Shown: positions 35,775-44,001 of the stretch, piece after piece | Layout: each line of letters begins with the position of its first letter | How positions within the stretch are numbered: the stretch's first letter is position 1 | Assembly (NCBI GenBank): GCA_036273015.1 | Contig: DATAXN010000054.1 | Location: forward strand, 13,215 to 77,214 | Direction: 5' to 3' | DNA length: 64,000 nt | Origin: Bryobacteraceae bacterium | GTDB lineage: Bacteria; Acidobacteriota; Terriglobia; Bryobacterales; Bryobacteraceae | The notes under the pieces: model-generated | Seen by the model: the letters and a program-made list of their open reading frames with translations, nothing else | Databases searched by the model: none | What the model was told of the DNA's origin: nothing | Position numbers and translations under genes: made by a program

Positions 35775-36263
35775 ATGGAAGTCGAGATGAAGATCCGCGG
35801 ATTGATGATGGATCCGGTTACGAACATGCCGATCGTCATCCTGAAGGATGTCTGCAGTACGCATGTCCTTCCGATCTGGGTGGGAATCTACGAGGCGAAT
35901 GCAATCGCGCTCGAGATCGAGAAGGTTTCCACGCCGCGCCCGATGACGCACGATCTCATCAAGACACTGCTGGTCGGACTCGAGGCCGGAATTCAGAAGG
36001 TCGTGGTCAACGAACTGAAAGACGATACCTTTTTTGCCATCATCTGGGTGAAACGTGATGGCGAACTGATTTCGGTGGACTCGCGGCCGAGCGATGCGCT
36101 GGCTTTAGCGCTGCGCCTCGACTGCCCGATTTTCGTCGACGATTCCGTGCTGAAGTCCTCCAAGCTCGCCAATAATGTCGCACAAAAGGCGAGCACCAAC
36201 GATGAGCTCCGCCGTTTGCTGGAGAACATGGGCGACGAGGATCTCGGCCGCTACAAGATGTAG
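35775..36263 (+). CDS. Bifunctional nuclease family (BFN/DUF151) protein
   Basis: 162 aa. PIVILKD...LPIWVGIYEANAI...RPMTHDL...DSRPSDALALALR. Confidence 0.75.
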   Translation: MEVEMKIRGLMMDPVTNMPIVILKDVCSTHVLPIWVGIYEANAIALEIEKVSTPRPMTHDLIKTLLVGLEAGIQKVVVNELKDDTFFAIIWVKRDGELISVDSRPSDALALALRLDCPIFVDDSVLKSSKLANNVAQKASTNDELRRLLENMGDEDLGRYKM

Positions 36264-38104
36264 GTTTCAGCGTCCGTTCTTTGAGGTTCGGCAGCGGCGT
36301 CATAATACGCCCGCACCTTCCGCGCTGCTGCTCGTCCGACTCGTTTCGCCAGCTCTTCCTCCGAAGCCTGTCTCACCAATTCCGAACTGCCGAATTCCTT
36401 CAGTAGTTTCCGCACGGTGATCTCGCCGATGCCGGGGATTTGATCCAACTCCGACGTCAGGGTTCGAGCGTTGCGGCGTGTGCGGTGGAACGTAACGGCA
36501 AAACGATGCGCCTCGTCGCGAATGGTCTGAATCAACTGAAGAATGGGCGAGAAACGATCCAACACGACTGGCTCACTCTCCTGGCCCAGCACGTAGATAA
36601 TCTCTTCACGCTTGGCGATCGATGCTAACGGCTGATTGATGATCCCGATCGATTCCAGTGCATCGGCTGCGGCGTGCAACTGGCCAAGTCCGCCATCGAT
36701 CAATACGAGGCCGGGCATCGGTGTGCCTTCCGCTAAAAGTCTCGAATAACGCCGCGTGACCACTTCGTGCATGCTGGCGAAATCGTCGTTTCCCTCGACG
36801 GTGCGGATGATGAACTTGCGGTAGTCCGCTTTTTTCATCCGGCCTTCCTCCCACACCACCATGCTTGCGACCTTGTCGGTACCCTGAATGTGCGAGATAT
36901 CGAAGCACTCGATGCGCTTCGGCGCTTCCGGAAGTCCGAGCGTTTCCTGAACTGCCGCCTTGATGGCGGCCGAAGTCGGCTTCAGCACTCGGAAACGTCC
37001 GTCGAAACTGTGCTTCGCGTTGGTTTGCGCGAGATCCAGCATCGCTTTTTTCTGTCCGCGGCGCGGTGTATGGATCTCGACCCTGCGATTCTTCTTCTCC
37101 GAAAGCAATTCTTCCATCACTGTCTGGTCTTCGAAGTCGATCGGGACATGAATGATGGACGGAACATACTGCTGATCGAGGTAGATCTGCAGCAGAAGCG
37201 AGGAAAAGAATTCAGGCGGATCGAATTCATACTGATCCTCCCAGAAGAAGTCCCGGCGGTCGACGACTACGCCGTTACGAAGGTGAAAAAGGTTAACGGC
37301 AACGAGTGGCGGCTCGGCGTAGAAACCGAAAATGTCCGCATCGTCTCCTGACGCGGCGGACATTTTTTGCCGTTGGTCCATCTCTTCGACCGTAGTCAGC
37401 AGATCGCGCAGACCGCCGGCTTCCTCGAATCGCATCTCATCCGAAGCTTCCTGGATGCGGCCGCGCAGCTCGGCTGCAAGCGCGCTGTGTTTGCCTTCGA
37501 GAAACAGGCGTACCTGGCGCACCGCCTGGGCGTAAGCTTCGGGAGTAGTCAGGCCTTCCACGCATGGTCCCTGACAGCGATGAATGTGGTACTGCAGACA
37601 TGGTTTGGGATGCCAGCGCCGCAGATCGACCTTGCAGGAAGGCACGAGAAAATGGCGGTGAATAAAGTTGACCAGCCGCCACGCGAGATTGCCGGGGAAG
37701 TAAGGACCGAAGTAAGTAGACCCGTCTTTTATGAGGCGGCGCGTGACGTAAACGCGAGGAAAACGCTCGTTGGTCAGTTTGATGTACGGATATGTTTTGT
37801 CATCGCGCAGCAGAACGTTGAAACGCGGTTTGTACTGCTTGATGAGGTTGTTCTCGAGGGCGAGCGCCTCTTTTTCGTTATCGACGAGGATGTAGTCAAT
37901 GTCGTGCGCCTCGGCGATAAGAGATCCGGTCTTGGCATCCTGCAGTTTGTCTTCGTTGAAGTAGCTCCGAACACGCGCCCGAAGGATCTTCGCCTTGCCG
38001 ACATAAATGACTTTCGCGGCAACGTCTTTGTACAGATACACTCCGGGCGCCAGTGGCAATTGCGCGACTTTTTCCCGAAGCAGATTCTGTAAGGATTGCA
38101 TCAC
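36251..38104 (-). CDS. uvrC: Excinuclease ABC subunit C
   Basis: 617 aa. GIY-YIG PGVYLYKD...VIYVGKA, UVR domain, RNase-H-like and HhH C-terminus. Confidence 0.95.
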   Translation of the reverse strand: MMQSLQNLLREKVAQLPLAPGVYLYKDVAAKVIYVGKAKILRARVRSYFNEDKLQDAKTGSLIAEAHDIDYILVDNEKEALALENNLIKQYKPRFNVLLRDDKTYPYIKLTNERFPRVYVTRRLIKDGSTYFGPYFPGNLAWRLVNFIHRHFLVPSCKVDLRRWHPKPCLQYHIHRCQGPCVEGLTTPEAYAQAVRQVRLFLEGKHSALAAELRGRIQEASDEMRFEEAGGLRDLLTTVEEMDQRQKMSAASGDDADIFGFYAEPPLVAVNLFHLRNGVVVDRRDFFWEDQYEFDPPEFFSSLLLQIYLDQQYVPSIIHVPIDFEDQTVMEELLSEKKNRRVEIHTPRRGQKKAMLDLAQTNAKHSFDGRFRVLKPTSAAIKAAVQETLGLPEAPKRIECFDISHIQGTDKVASMVVWEEGRMKKADYRKFIIRTVEGNDDFASMHEVVTRRYSRLLAEGTPMPGLVLIDGGLGQLHAAADALESIGIINQPLASIAKREEIIYVLGQESEPVVLDRFSPILQLIQTIRDEAHRFAVTFHRTRRNARTLTSELDQIPGIGEITVRKLLKEFGSSELVRQASEEELAKRVGRAAARKVRAYYDAAAEPQRTDAETYIL

Positions 38105-38216
38105 TTACTTACTGAAGCCGCCGAACAACGGGGGCGTTCGCACCTGTTCGGCTGCGGCCTCCCGCAAGGGCTCTGACAGCCCCCTTATACGGGGGTCTCA
38201 GCAATATACTTAAATT

Positions 38217-38666
38217 ATGTCATGCGGCCGTGTGTCTTTCGTGTGGGTTGCGCTGGCCTTTGCAGCACTGGCCCACGCTCAAGAGACGCCGGCTCCTGCG
38301 TCGAAAAACCAGGCGCAGGCCGATCTTCCGCCCGCGGAAGACGATAAAATTTCTCCCGATCAGCTTCCGCCGGAAGAGGACAAAGCCAAGGTTAAGGAAG
38401 AATACAAGTTCAACCCGCTCCAGTCCAAAAAGGATGTCACGGTTGGCGAGTTCTATTTCAAAAAAGGCGACTTCAAAGCGGCCGCCGGACGCTTTCGCGA
38501 AGCCACCAGGTGGAACGACGGCAATGCCGAAGCCTGGTTGAGACTCGGCGATGCGCAAGACAAAATGAAAGACGCGAAAGCCGCGAAAGAAGCGTGGGAG
38601 AAGTATCTCCAGCTTTCGCCGGAAGCCAAGAACGCCGCCGAAGTTCGCAAAAAGCTTGGAAGGTAA
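38217..38666 (+). CDS. Secreted tetratricopeptide-repeat protein
   Basis: 149 aa. Signal peptide VWVALAFAALAHAQ. TPR-like GEFYFKKGDFKAAAGRFREATRWNDGNAEAWLRLGDA. Confidence 0.7.
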   Translation: MSCGRVSFVWVALAFAALAHAQETPAPASKNQAQADLPPAEDDKISPDQLPPEEDKAKVKEEYKFNPLQSKKDVTVGEFYFKKGDFKAAAGRFREATRWNDGNAEAWLRLGDAQDKMKDAKAAKEAWEKYLQLSPEAKNAAEVRKKLGR

Positions 38667-38680
38667 AAAACGAATCCGGT

Positions 38681-40141
38681 TCAGGGCGCCGGATCCCAAT
38701 ACACCGTGCAGGTGTCGAACTCGAACTTCTGCTTGTAGACCTTCTGAAAATCCTCCGCGCCTACTTTGTGGCCCTTGTCGCAATCGACTGCAGTCGCGAA
38801 CCGTTTCGCTTTGATTTGTTTTAACTCTTCCGATTCGGAGATCAGGTGCAATGGAATGGCGCGCTCCGGGGGGAAATCGAGCTTGTGAGAATCGGCCAAT
38901 TCCATGCCTGACGGAGGAGGGCGGCGCGTAAGGAAGTAGATAGGCTCGTCGCTGAGCAGCGTCGCGCCCGGAGGTGTCACCTGATCGACTTTGGCGGCGA
39001 CTTTTTCGAGATCCCGCCAATTGACGTTGTCGTGCTTGTCGTGCAGCGCCTTGGCCAGTTCCAGCGAGAAGATTGCGGTAAGCACAAATATCGGCCAGAA
39101 GGGCCGATTCGGCACATACAGGCGCGTGCTTACCGAATACAAGCCCGCGGCGCCGAGAATCGTGAAAAACGGAATTGCAAAAAGATAGTAGCGCTGAAAA
39201 GTGGGGTGCGCCGACGAAATGTGCACCGCCAGCGCCAGCGCCAGCCAGCCACAGAGCCAGGACTCCGCGCGCTCCGGTTTGGTCCACTCGCTGCGAAATC
39301 GAATGAACAGCAGGCCCGCGACCGCGAGCAGACCGAGGAGCAGGGCCTGCGCCGAGTTGAGCCACGAGAACATGACGCCGATGTCGTGCGGTACAGCTCC
39401 CGACCATTCCACCTGACGGAACAGCAGGTTGTACTGGATGATGTTGAAAAGCGTCTGGCTCGGCCCTTTCTGGAAAAGATAGAGCACCGGAAGAAATGGA
39501 ATTACAGCCGCGACCAGGAATGCGCTGAGCTTCGCCCATCGGTTTCCCTGACGATTGCAAAACGCCATCCAAACAGCGAGGACAGGGCAGATCGGCGCCG
39601 TCAGGAGCGTAGCGCCCGCAGCCGCGGATGAGAGCAATCCGGCCAGTGCCGCATGAAAAAAGCCTTTTCGATCCACCGATACAACGGTAAGGCGGAAGGC
39701 CGCGACGACCAGAAATAAGCTGAGGCCGTATGCCTGCCCGATCGTCCCGTACTGGACAATCAGCACGTTCAACCCCATGACGAACGAACCCATCAGCGCG
39801 GTTGGGAAGCGCCAACTCTCCACGTGAAAACGAAAGAACAGGAAATCCGCCGTCAGCAGGATGGCTCCCGTTGTCATCAGGGACGCAACTGCGTGCACCG
39901 TCCGCCAGCTTTGCGGAAGAACGATCATCCAGAAGGCATTCCAATAGGCATTTAACGGCGTTTGGGAGAAATTGAAATCGACATATGGCCGCTTTCCGCG
40001 TGTGATCAACTGCGCGGTGAGTACATGGAAACCCTCATCCCAGGCGAACGCGTCGGTCTGCGCGTAGAGTTCCAGACCGGCGGCCAACAGGGTGATGACG
40101 CCGACCAGTATCCAATATGACTTCTGGTTTCGTCCGCTCAC
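38681..40141 (-). CDS. Polytopic GT-C-fold membrane protein (GT39/ArnT-like)
   Basis: 486 aa, more than 10 hydrophobic helices. First loop DAFAWDEGFHVLTAQLITRGKRPYVDFNFSQTPL. Soluble C-terminal domain. Confidence 0.6.
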   Translation of the reverse strand: MSGRNQKSYWILVGVITLLAAGLELYAQTDAFAWDEGFHVLTAQLITRGKRPYVDFNFSQTPLNAYWNAFWMIVLPQSWRTVHAVASLMTTGAILLTADFLFFRFHVESWRFPTALMGSFVMGLNVLIVQYGTIGQAYGLSLFLVVAAFRLTVVSVDRKGFFHAALAGLLSSAAAGATLLTAPICPVLAVWMAFCNRQGNRWAKLSAFLVAAVIPFLPVLYLFQKGPSQTLFNIIQYNLLFRQVEWSGAVPHDIGVMFSWLNSAQALLLGLLAVAGLLFIRFRSEWTKPERAESWLCGWLALALAVHISSAHPTFQRYYLFAIPFFTILGAAGLYSVSTRLYVPNRPFWPIFVLTAIFSLELAKALHDKHDNVNWRDLEKVAAKVDQVTPPGATLLSDEPIYFLTRRPPPSGMELADSHKLDFPPERAIPLHLISESEELKQIKAKRFATAVDCDKGHKVGAEDFQKVYKQKFEFDTCTVYWDPAP

Positions 40142-40179
40142 AACGATCTATTATGCGTGGGGCGTCTCTACTTGGGACA

Positions 40180-40725
40180 TCAGGCCGCCCGGCGAACCTG
40201 ATTCTCGATGATCCGCAGCACCCGCTCGAACCCCGCGCGCCAGTCGGGAAACAGATCGACATACTGGGTCTCGCGCCGAATGCGGGTCGGGATACGGCAG
40301 TCGTCCAGGCGAACCGGAATCAGGAAGACGTCATCCAGCGGTATTCGGCTCGCGCATTCGAGCGCCAAACGGATCTCTCTCTGAAATCCGCCTCTCTTCC
40401 GAATTGACCGCGACGAGAAGCAGGCAATCAGAAAATCCGAGCTCTCGATGGCGTCTTCGATGCGGTGCGGCCAGTCCTGGCCGGGAAGCAGTTTGCGGCG
40501 GTCCAGCCAGGCGGCGAAGCCACGGGCCGTCAGTTGGCGAAACAACCGCTCTGCAATCGCCCGATCTTCGGTGGCATAAGCGATGAAGACTCGCAGCCGA
40601 TTGGAGTGTTCAAAGGAGATCTCGCCTGTGTCTTTGCGCGCGAATATCCCTAACCCATTTACTTCAACCTGTTTCGAGCGCCTTAGTAGACGCTGAATTA
40701 ACCGGGACAACTCCTCAAGCGTCAT
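40180..40725 (-). CDS. TIR-domain protein with short HU-like N-terminal segment
   Basis: 181 aa. RVFIAYATEDRAIAERLFRQL...WLDRRKLLPGQDWPHRIEDAIESSDFLIACFSSRSIRKRGGFQREIRLALE...VFLIPVRLDDCRIP is the classic bacterial TIR pattern. The N-terminal 40 aa or so contain VEVNGLGIF. Confidence 0.8.
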   Translation of the reverse strand: MTLEELSRLIQRLLRRSKQVEVNGLGIFARKDTGEISFEHSNRLRVFIAYATEDRAIAERLFRQLTARGFAAWLDRRKLLPGQDWPHRIEDAIESSDFLIACFSSRSIRKRGGFQREIRLALECASRIPLDDVFLIPVRLDDCRIPTRIRRETQYVDLFPDWRAGFERVLRIIENQVRRAA

Positions 40726-40912
40726 GCCGCTCCTGCTTGAAGGTCCATTGTTTTCCCGGGGTTATTGTGCCCAACCCGGGGAGCCGGGCTGGTCTTCCGC
40801 TCCGCAGCGTACGAATGATCCGATTCACAGCGCTATCGAGCTGGTCGGCGCAGTCACCGGCATTTCGACCGTTTTCCCGGGTCAATTCCATTATGAGTTC
40901 CGACTTCTTCAT
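40715..40912 (-). CDS. Truncated HU/IHF-like DNA-binding protein (65 aa), overlapping the TIR gene by 11 nt
   Basis: MKKSELIMELTRENG...AVNRIIRTLRSGRPARLPGLGTI reproduces HU helices 1-2 and the first strand, but the beta-arm is missing. Could be the 5' part of a frameshifted HU-HU-TIR gene. Confidence 0.55.
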   Translation of the reverse strand: MKKSELIMELTRENGRNAGDCADQLDSAVNRIIRTLRSGRPARLPGLGTITPGKQWTFKQERHDA

Positions 40913-40958
40913 CTGTCCGAAAGCCTACCATGCGGCCGGTCGAATTAGATGTTAAGTT

Positions 40959-40975
40959 ATTGATTCCATTGATTC
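40959..40975. repeat. Tandem direct repeat ATTGATTC x2 (9-bp period) in AT-rich divergent spacer
   Basis: ATTGATTCcATTGATTC read directly. Lies between the HU-like gene (-) and the small-peptide genes (+). Function unknown (operator or -35-like TTGATT). Confidence 0.5.
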
Positions 40976-41092
40976 AGTTCGTTGTACTACATAATGAAGT
41001 GAATTTAATCACAGTTTAAGGGGGGCTTCATGTCGGGTTCGATATCATTTCGAAGACGGCATATCGTCCAATTTTTTAAGGAGAATCACAGC

Positions 41093-41239
41093 ATGAAAAA
41101 GCTTCTCGTAATGGCGCTCGGCCTTGGCATCGCTCTTGGCACCGTTTCCTTCTCGTTCGCCCAGGACACCAGCAGCACCACCAAAAAGGCCAAGAAAAAG
41201 AAGAAGTCCGACAAGACCGACACGACCGAAAAAAAGTAA
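41093..41239 (+). CDS. 48-aa pre-peptide: Sec signal + 25-aa Lys/Thr/Asp-rich polycationic peptide (copy 1)
   Basis: AAGGAG 8 nt upstream of ATG 41093. MKKLLVMALGLGIALGTVSFSFA|QDTSSTTKKAKKKKKSDKTDTTEKK. Confidence 0.55.
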   Translation: MKKLLVMALGLGIALGTVSFSFAQDTSSTTKKAKKKKKSDKTDTTEKK

Positions 41240-41263
41240 CTGAACTCTAAGGAAATCAATCAC

Positions 41264-41410
41264 ATGAAGAAAGTTCTCGTAATGGCGCTCGGCCTAGGCA
41301 TCGCCCTCGGAACGATCTCCTTCTCGTTCGCCCAGGAAACCACGGACACGACGAAGAAGATGCAGAAGAAAAAGAAGAAGGCCGACAAGACCGATACGAA
41401 CAAGAAGTAG
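41264..41410 (+). CDS. 48-aa pre-peptide, tandem paralog (copy 2), below the ORF-track size cutoff
   Basis: Translated by hand: AAGGAA then ATG 41264. MKKVLVMALGLGIALGTISFSFA|QETTDTTKKMQKKKKKADKTDTNKK, TAG at 41408-41410. 171-nt period relative to copy 1. Confidence 0.55.
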   Translation: MKKVLVMALGLGIALGTISFSFAQETTDTTKKMQKKKKKADKTDTNKK

Positions 41411-41417
41411 TTTTCCC

Positions 41418-41467
41418 AAGGGCTGGCCGTCTCGGGAAACCGAGGGTGTGTCAGCCCTTTCGTTTTA
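41418..41467 (+). terminator. Rho-independent terminator after the small-peptide genes
   Basis: AAGGGCTG...CAGCCCTT outer stem (41418-41425 / 41452-41459) enclosing inner hairpin CTCGG-gaaa-CCGAG, followed by TTCGTTTT. Confidence 0.5.
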
Positions 41468-41528
41468 CGCCCCTCCTCAAAACTCCTCTCTTTAGTCCCA
41501 ATCGTTTTCCCCGCGAAAGGCCTCTTTG

Positions 41529-41557
41529 TTGACGGATCATCTCAAAGGCTCTAATCT
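41529..41557 (+). promoter_or_regulatory. Sigma-70-like promoter candidate for rrf2-cysK
   Basis: TTGACG (41529-41534), 17-nt spacer, TAATCT (41552-41557), about 40 nt upstream of ATG 41596. Confidence 0.4.
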
Positions 41558-41595
41558 CTAGTTTTACCCGGGGAATTGAGTGAGGCGCTCCGCCG

Positions 41596-42021
41596 ATGAA
41601 TATTTCCGTCAAGGGTGAATACGCCCTTCAGGCCATTTTCGATCTGGCGGCAAACTCCGGTCCGGACCCGGTCAAAATCGCTGAAATCGCCCGCAGGCAG
41701 AAGATTCCACAGAAGTTTCTGGAGTTGATTCTGGCCAGCCTCAAACAGGGTGGGTTCGTGGAGTCGCGCCGCGGCGCGGAAGGTGGTTACATGCTGGCGA
41801 AGCGTGCGGAATCCATCACCGTGGGCGATGTACTGCATTTTGTCGAGGGCCGGCAGGAAGAACGCGCACGTCTGCGTAAACAGGCCTCGTCGCCGTTCTC
41901 AGACCTCTGGGAGCGCGCGGATTCCGCGATCAATGGCGTCCTCGATTCGACTACTTTTGCTCATCTGGTCCGGGAATGGACGGAGAAACACAACCGTTTC
42001 GTACCCAATTGGGAGATCTGA
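41596..42021 (+). CDS. Rrf2-family transcriptional regulator (CymR/IscR-like)
   Basis: 141 aa. [13 protein letters not shown]...[42 protein letters not shown]. Confidence 0.85.
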   Translation: MNISVKGEYALQAIFDLAANSGPDPVKIAEIARRQKIPQKFLELILASLKQGGFVESRRGAEGGYMLAKRAESITVGDVLHFVEGRQEERARLRKQASSPFSDLWERADSAINGVLDSTTFAHLVREWTEKHNRFVPNWEI

Positions 42022-42022
42022 A

Positions 42023-42979
42023 ATGTATTACAACGACAATTCCTTCAGCATTGGCCGCACTCCTCTGGTCCGACTTAACCGCGTCATCGACGGTGCTCCG
42101 ATCACTCTTCTGGGCAAGGTGGAAGGCCGCAACCCGGCGTATTCAGTGAAGTGCCGCATCGGTGCGTCGATGATCTGGGATGCGGAGAAGCGCGGCGTCC
42201 TCAAGCCGGGAAAAGAACTGATTGAGCCGACGAGCGGCAATACCGGCATTGCGCTTGCATTCGTGGCTGCGGCGCGCGGATATCCGGTGACGCTTACGAT
42301 GCCCGAAACTATGTCGGTGGAGCGGCGCAAGGTGCTGGCGGCGTTCGGCGCGAACGTGGTTTTGACCGAAGGAGCGCGCGGTATGGCCGGATCCATCGGC
42401 AAGGCGCAGGAAATGGTGCAGTCCGATCCCGACCGCTACGTGTTGCTGCAACAGTTCGATAATCCGGCAAATCCGGAAATTCACTTCAAGACTACCGGTC
42501 CGGAAATCTGGGACGATACCGAGGGTAAAATCGACATCCTGGTTTCCGGCGTCGGCACTGGCGGAACGATAACCGGAGTGTCCCGCTATATCAAAAACGA
42601 GAAGGGGAAGAAAATTCTCTCCGTGGCAGTGGAGCCTGTCGCGAGCCCCGTCATCAGCCAGACGAGAGCCGGACAGCCGATCAAGGCCGGCCCGCATAAA
42701 ATTCAGGGCCTCGGAGCCGGGTTTATTCCGCGGAATCTCGATCTGAGCGTGGTGGACCGGGTAGAACTGGTTACCAATGAGGAGTCCATCGAGATGGCCC
42801 GTCGGTTGGCGCGCGAAGAAGGGCTGCTGAGCGGAATCTCCTGCGGAGCGGCAGTTGCGGCTGCCGCGCGAATTGCCCGCGAGGATCAATTTAAAGGCAA
42901 AACGATGGTCGTAATCCTTCCCGATTCCGGTGAGAGATATCTGAGCAGCGTCTTATTCGAGGGCATGTTCGAAAACTAA
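42023..42979 (+). CDS. cysK: Cysteine synthase A (O-acetylserine sulfhydrylase)
   Basis: Start at ATG 42023 (1 nt after the rrf2 stop). [14 protein letters not shown]-Lys [29 protein letters not shown]. Confidence 0.9.
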   Translation: MYYNDNSFSIGRTPLVRLNRVIDGAPITLLGKVEGRNPAYSVKCRIGASMIWDAEKRGVLKPGKELIEPTSGNTGIALAFVAAARGYPVTLTMPETMSVERRKVLAAFGANVVLTEGARGMAGSIGKAQEMVQSDPDRYVLLQQFDNPANPEIHFKTTGPEIWDDTEGKIDILVSGVGTGGTITGVSRYIKNEKGKKILSVAVEPVASPVISQTRAGQPIKAGPHKIQGLGAGFIPRNLDLSVVDRVELVTNEESIEMARRLAREEGLLSGISCGAAVAAAARIAREDQFKGKTMVVILPDSGERYLSSVLFEGMFEN

Positions 42980-43080
42980 TAGTTTTTTTAGAAGTCCCGT
43001 AACCACCCGATGTGAAGCATCGTCTGAATATGCAAATCCCCGTTACGACAAGCGGGCGCATACACCCCTATCACCCAAAT

Positions 43081-44001
43081 ATGCGCCCGCGCCTCTATCG
43101 CGCGGTTGGCGGCCGCATCTCCCGAGCACTTACTTTTCTTGCGATGGCACTCAGTGTGTCCGCGCAGCAGTCTGCAATTCTTACAAATTCAGGAATCCTT
43201 ACAAACAATGACGAACCAATGCGCTTGGCTTACAGTTGCGCGGAGGAAGATCTGCAATGGGCGGGAATGTCATGCAGCGACGACGAGCCGTGCCCTATAT
43301 ATCTCGAATTGAACTCCGTAGTACCGGATGGCCGAAAGATATTTGCAGCCGGAGATTTGCACAGCAATGCAGCAACAATCAGTTCTGTCTTACTGATGAG
43401 CGACGATTCCGGCGCAACGTGGCGCGAGCCGGCGGCTCGCATGCGGGGAACCGCGCTCGATCAAATGCAGTTCTACAATCCCGAGGCGGGTTGGGCAGCG
43501 GGTGAAACCCAATATCCTCTCCCGCGCGATCCATTTTTCCTGATCACGACCAATGGCGGAGGCTCCTGGCGTCAGCAACTCGTCGGCGAGGAGGATTCCT
43601 CCGGCGCGATTCAGCGTTTCTGGTTCGATTCGGAACGGCACGGCGAGTTGATCATCGATGCGGGCAAAGGTTCAGAGGGAGGCCGCTATCATTCTTATGA
43701 ATCGGAAACCGGCGGAGAAAACTGGACTCTCCGCGGCAAGAGCGACCAGTTACCGAAGCTTCGGCGCGCACCTCCGGCAGGCGACGACGCAGACTGGCGC
43801 ACCCGCCCATCGAAAGACGGTAAAGCGATCCAGATCGAAGAGCGGACCGGCGGCCAATGGAAATCCGTTGCGTCATTTTTGATCGAAGCTGCAAACTGCC
43901 GCCCGCAGGCAGGCGAATTGAAAGAACCGCCGGCGCCTGAAGAAAATCGCGCGCCGGAGCCGCCCGCTCCGGCAACTCCGAAGCAGAGACAGCGAAGGTG
44001 A
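43081..44001 (+). CDS. Secreted BNR/Asp-box repeat protein (Ycf48-like beta-propeller)
   Basis: Signal peptide after M at 43081. Asp-box-like SDDSGATWRE, TNGGGSWRQ, SETGGENWT. Pro-rich tail. Start uncertain (ORF opens at 43012). Confidence 0.6.
   Translation: MRPRLYRAVGGRISRALTFLAMALSVSAQQSAILTNSGILTNNDEPMRLAYSCAEEDLQWAGMSCSDDEPCPIYLELNSVVPDGRKIFAAGDLHSNAATISSVLLMSDDSGATWREPAARMRGTALDQMQFYNPEAGWAAGETQYPLPRDPFFLITTNGGGSWRQQLVGEEDSSGAIQRFWFDSERHGELIIDAGKGSEGGRYHSYESETGGENWTLRGKSDQLPKLRRAPPAGDDADWRTRPSKDGKAIQIEERTGGQWKSVASFLIEAANCRPQAGELKEPPAPEENRAPEPPAPATPKQRQRR

Noticed and set aside
36251-36263. 13-nt convergent overlap of the bifunctional-nuclease gene and uvrC 3' ends
   Set aside because: Short convergent overlaps are common in compact genomes. 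No structure or motif is apparent in the overlap.
38220-39944. 574-aa ORF, the longest unassigned frame in the track
   Set aside because: It is an alternative frame of the same DNA that encodes the well-formed GT-C membrane protein (38681..40141), and it is antisense to the TPR gene. Its translation is Arg/Gly/Pro/Ser-rich with no motifs, which is the typical off-frame artefact of high-GC DNA.
41093-41410. Idea that the Thr/Lys/Asp-rich mini-peptides are graspetide (ATP-grasp cross-linked RiPP) precursors
   Set aside because: They carry Sec signal peptides rather than RiPP leader peptides, and no ATP-grasp ligase is adjacent; the nearest cpATP-grasp genes are about 7-9 kb away in unrelated operons. 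Kept only as a remote possibility.
41750-42022. Long N-terminal extension of cysK (ORF track 41750..42979, 409 aa)
   Set aside because: The extension overlaps the Rrf2 gene in another frame and is Arg/Ser-rich. The canonical CysK N-terminus begins at ATG 42023.
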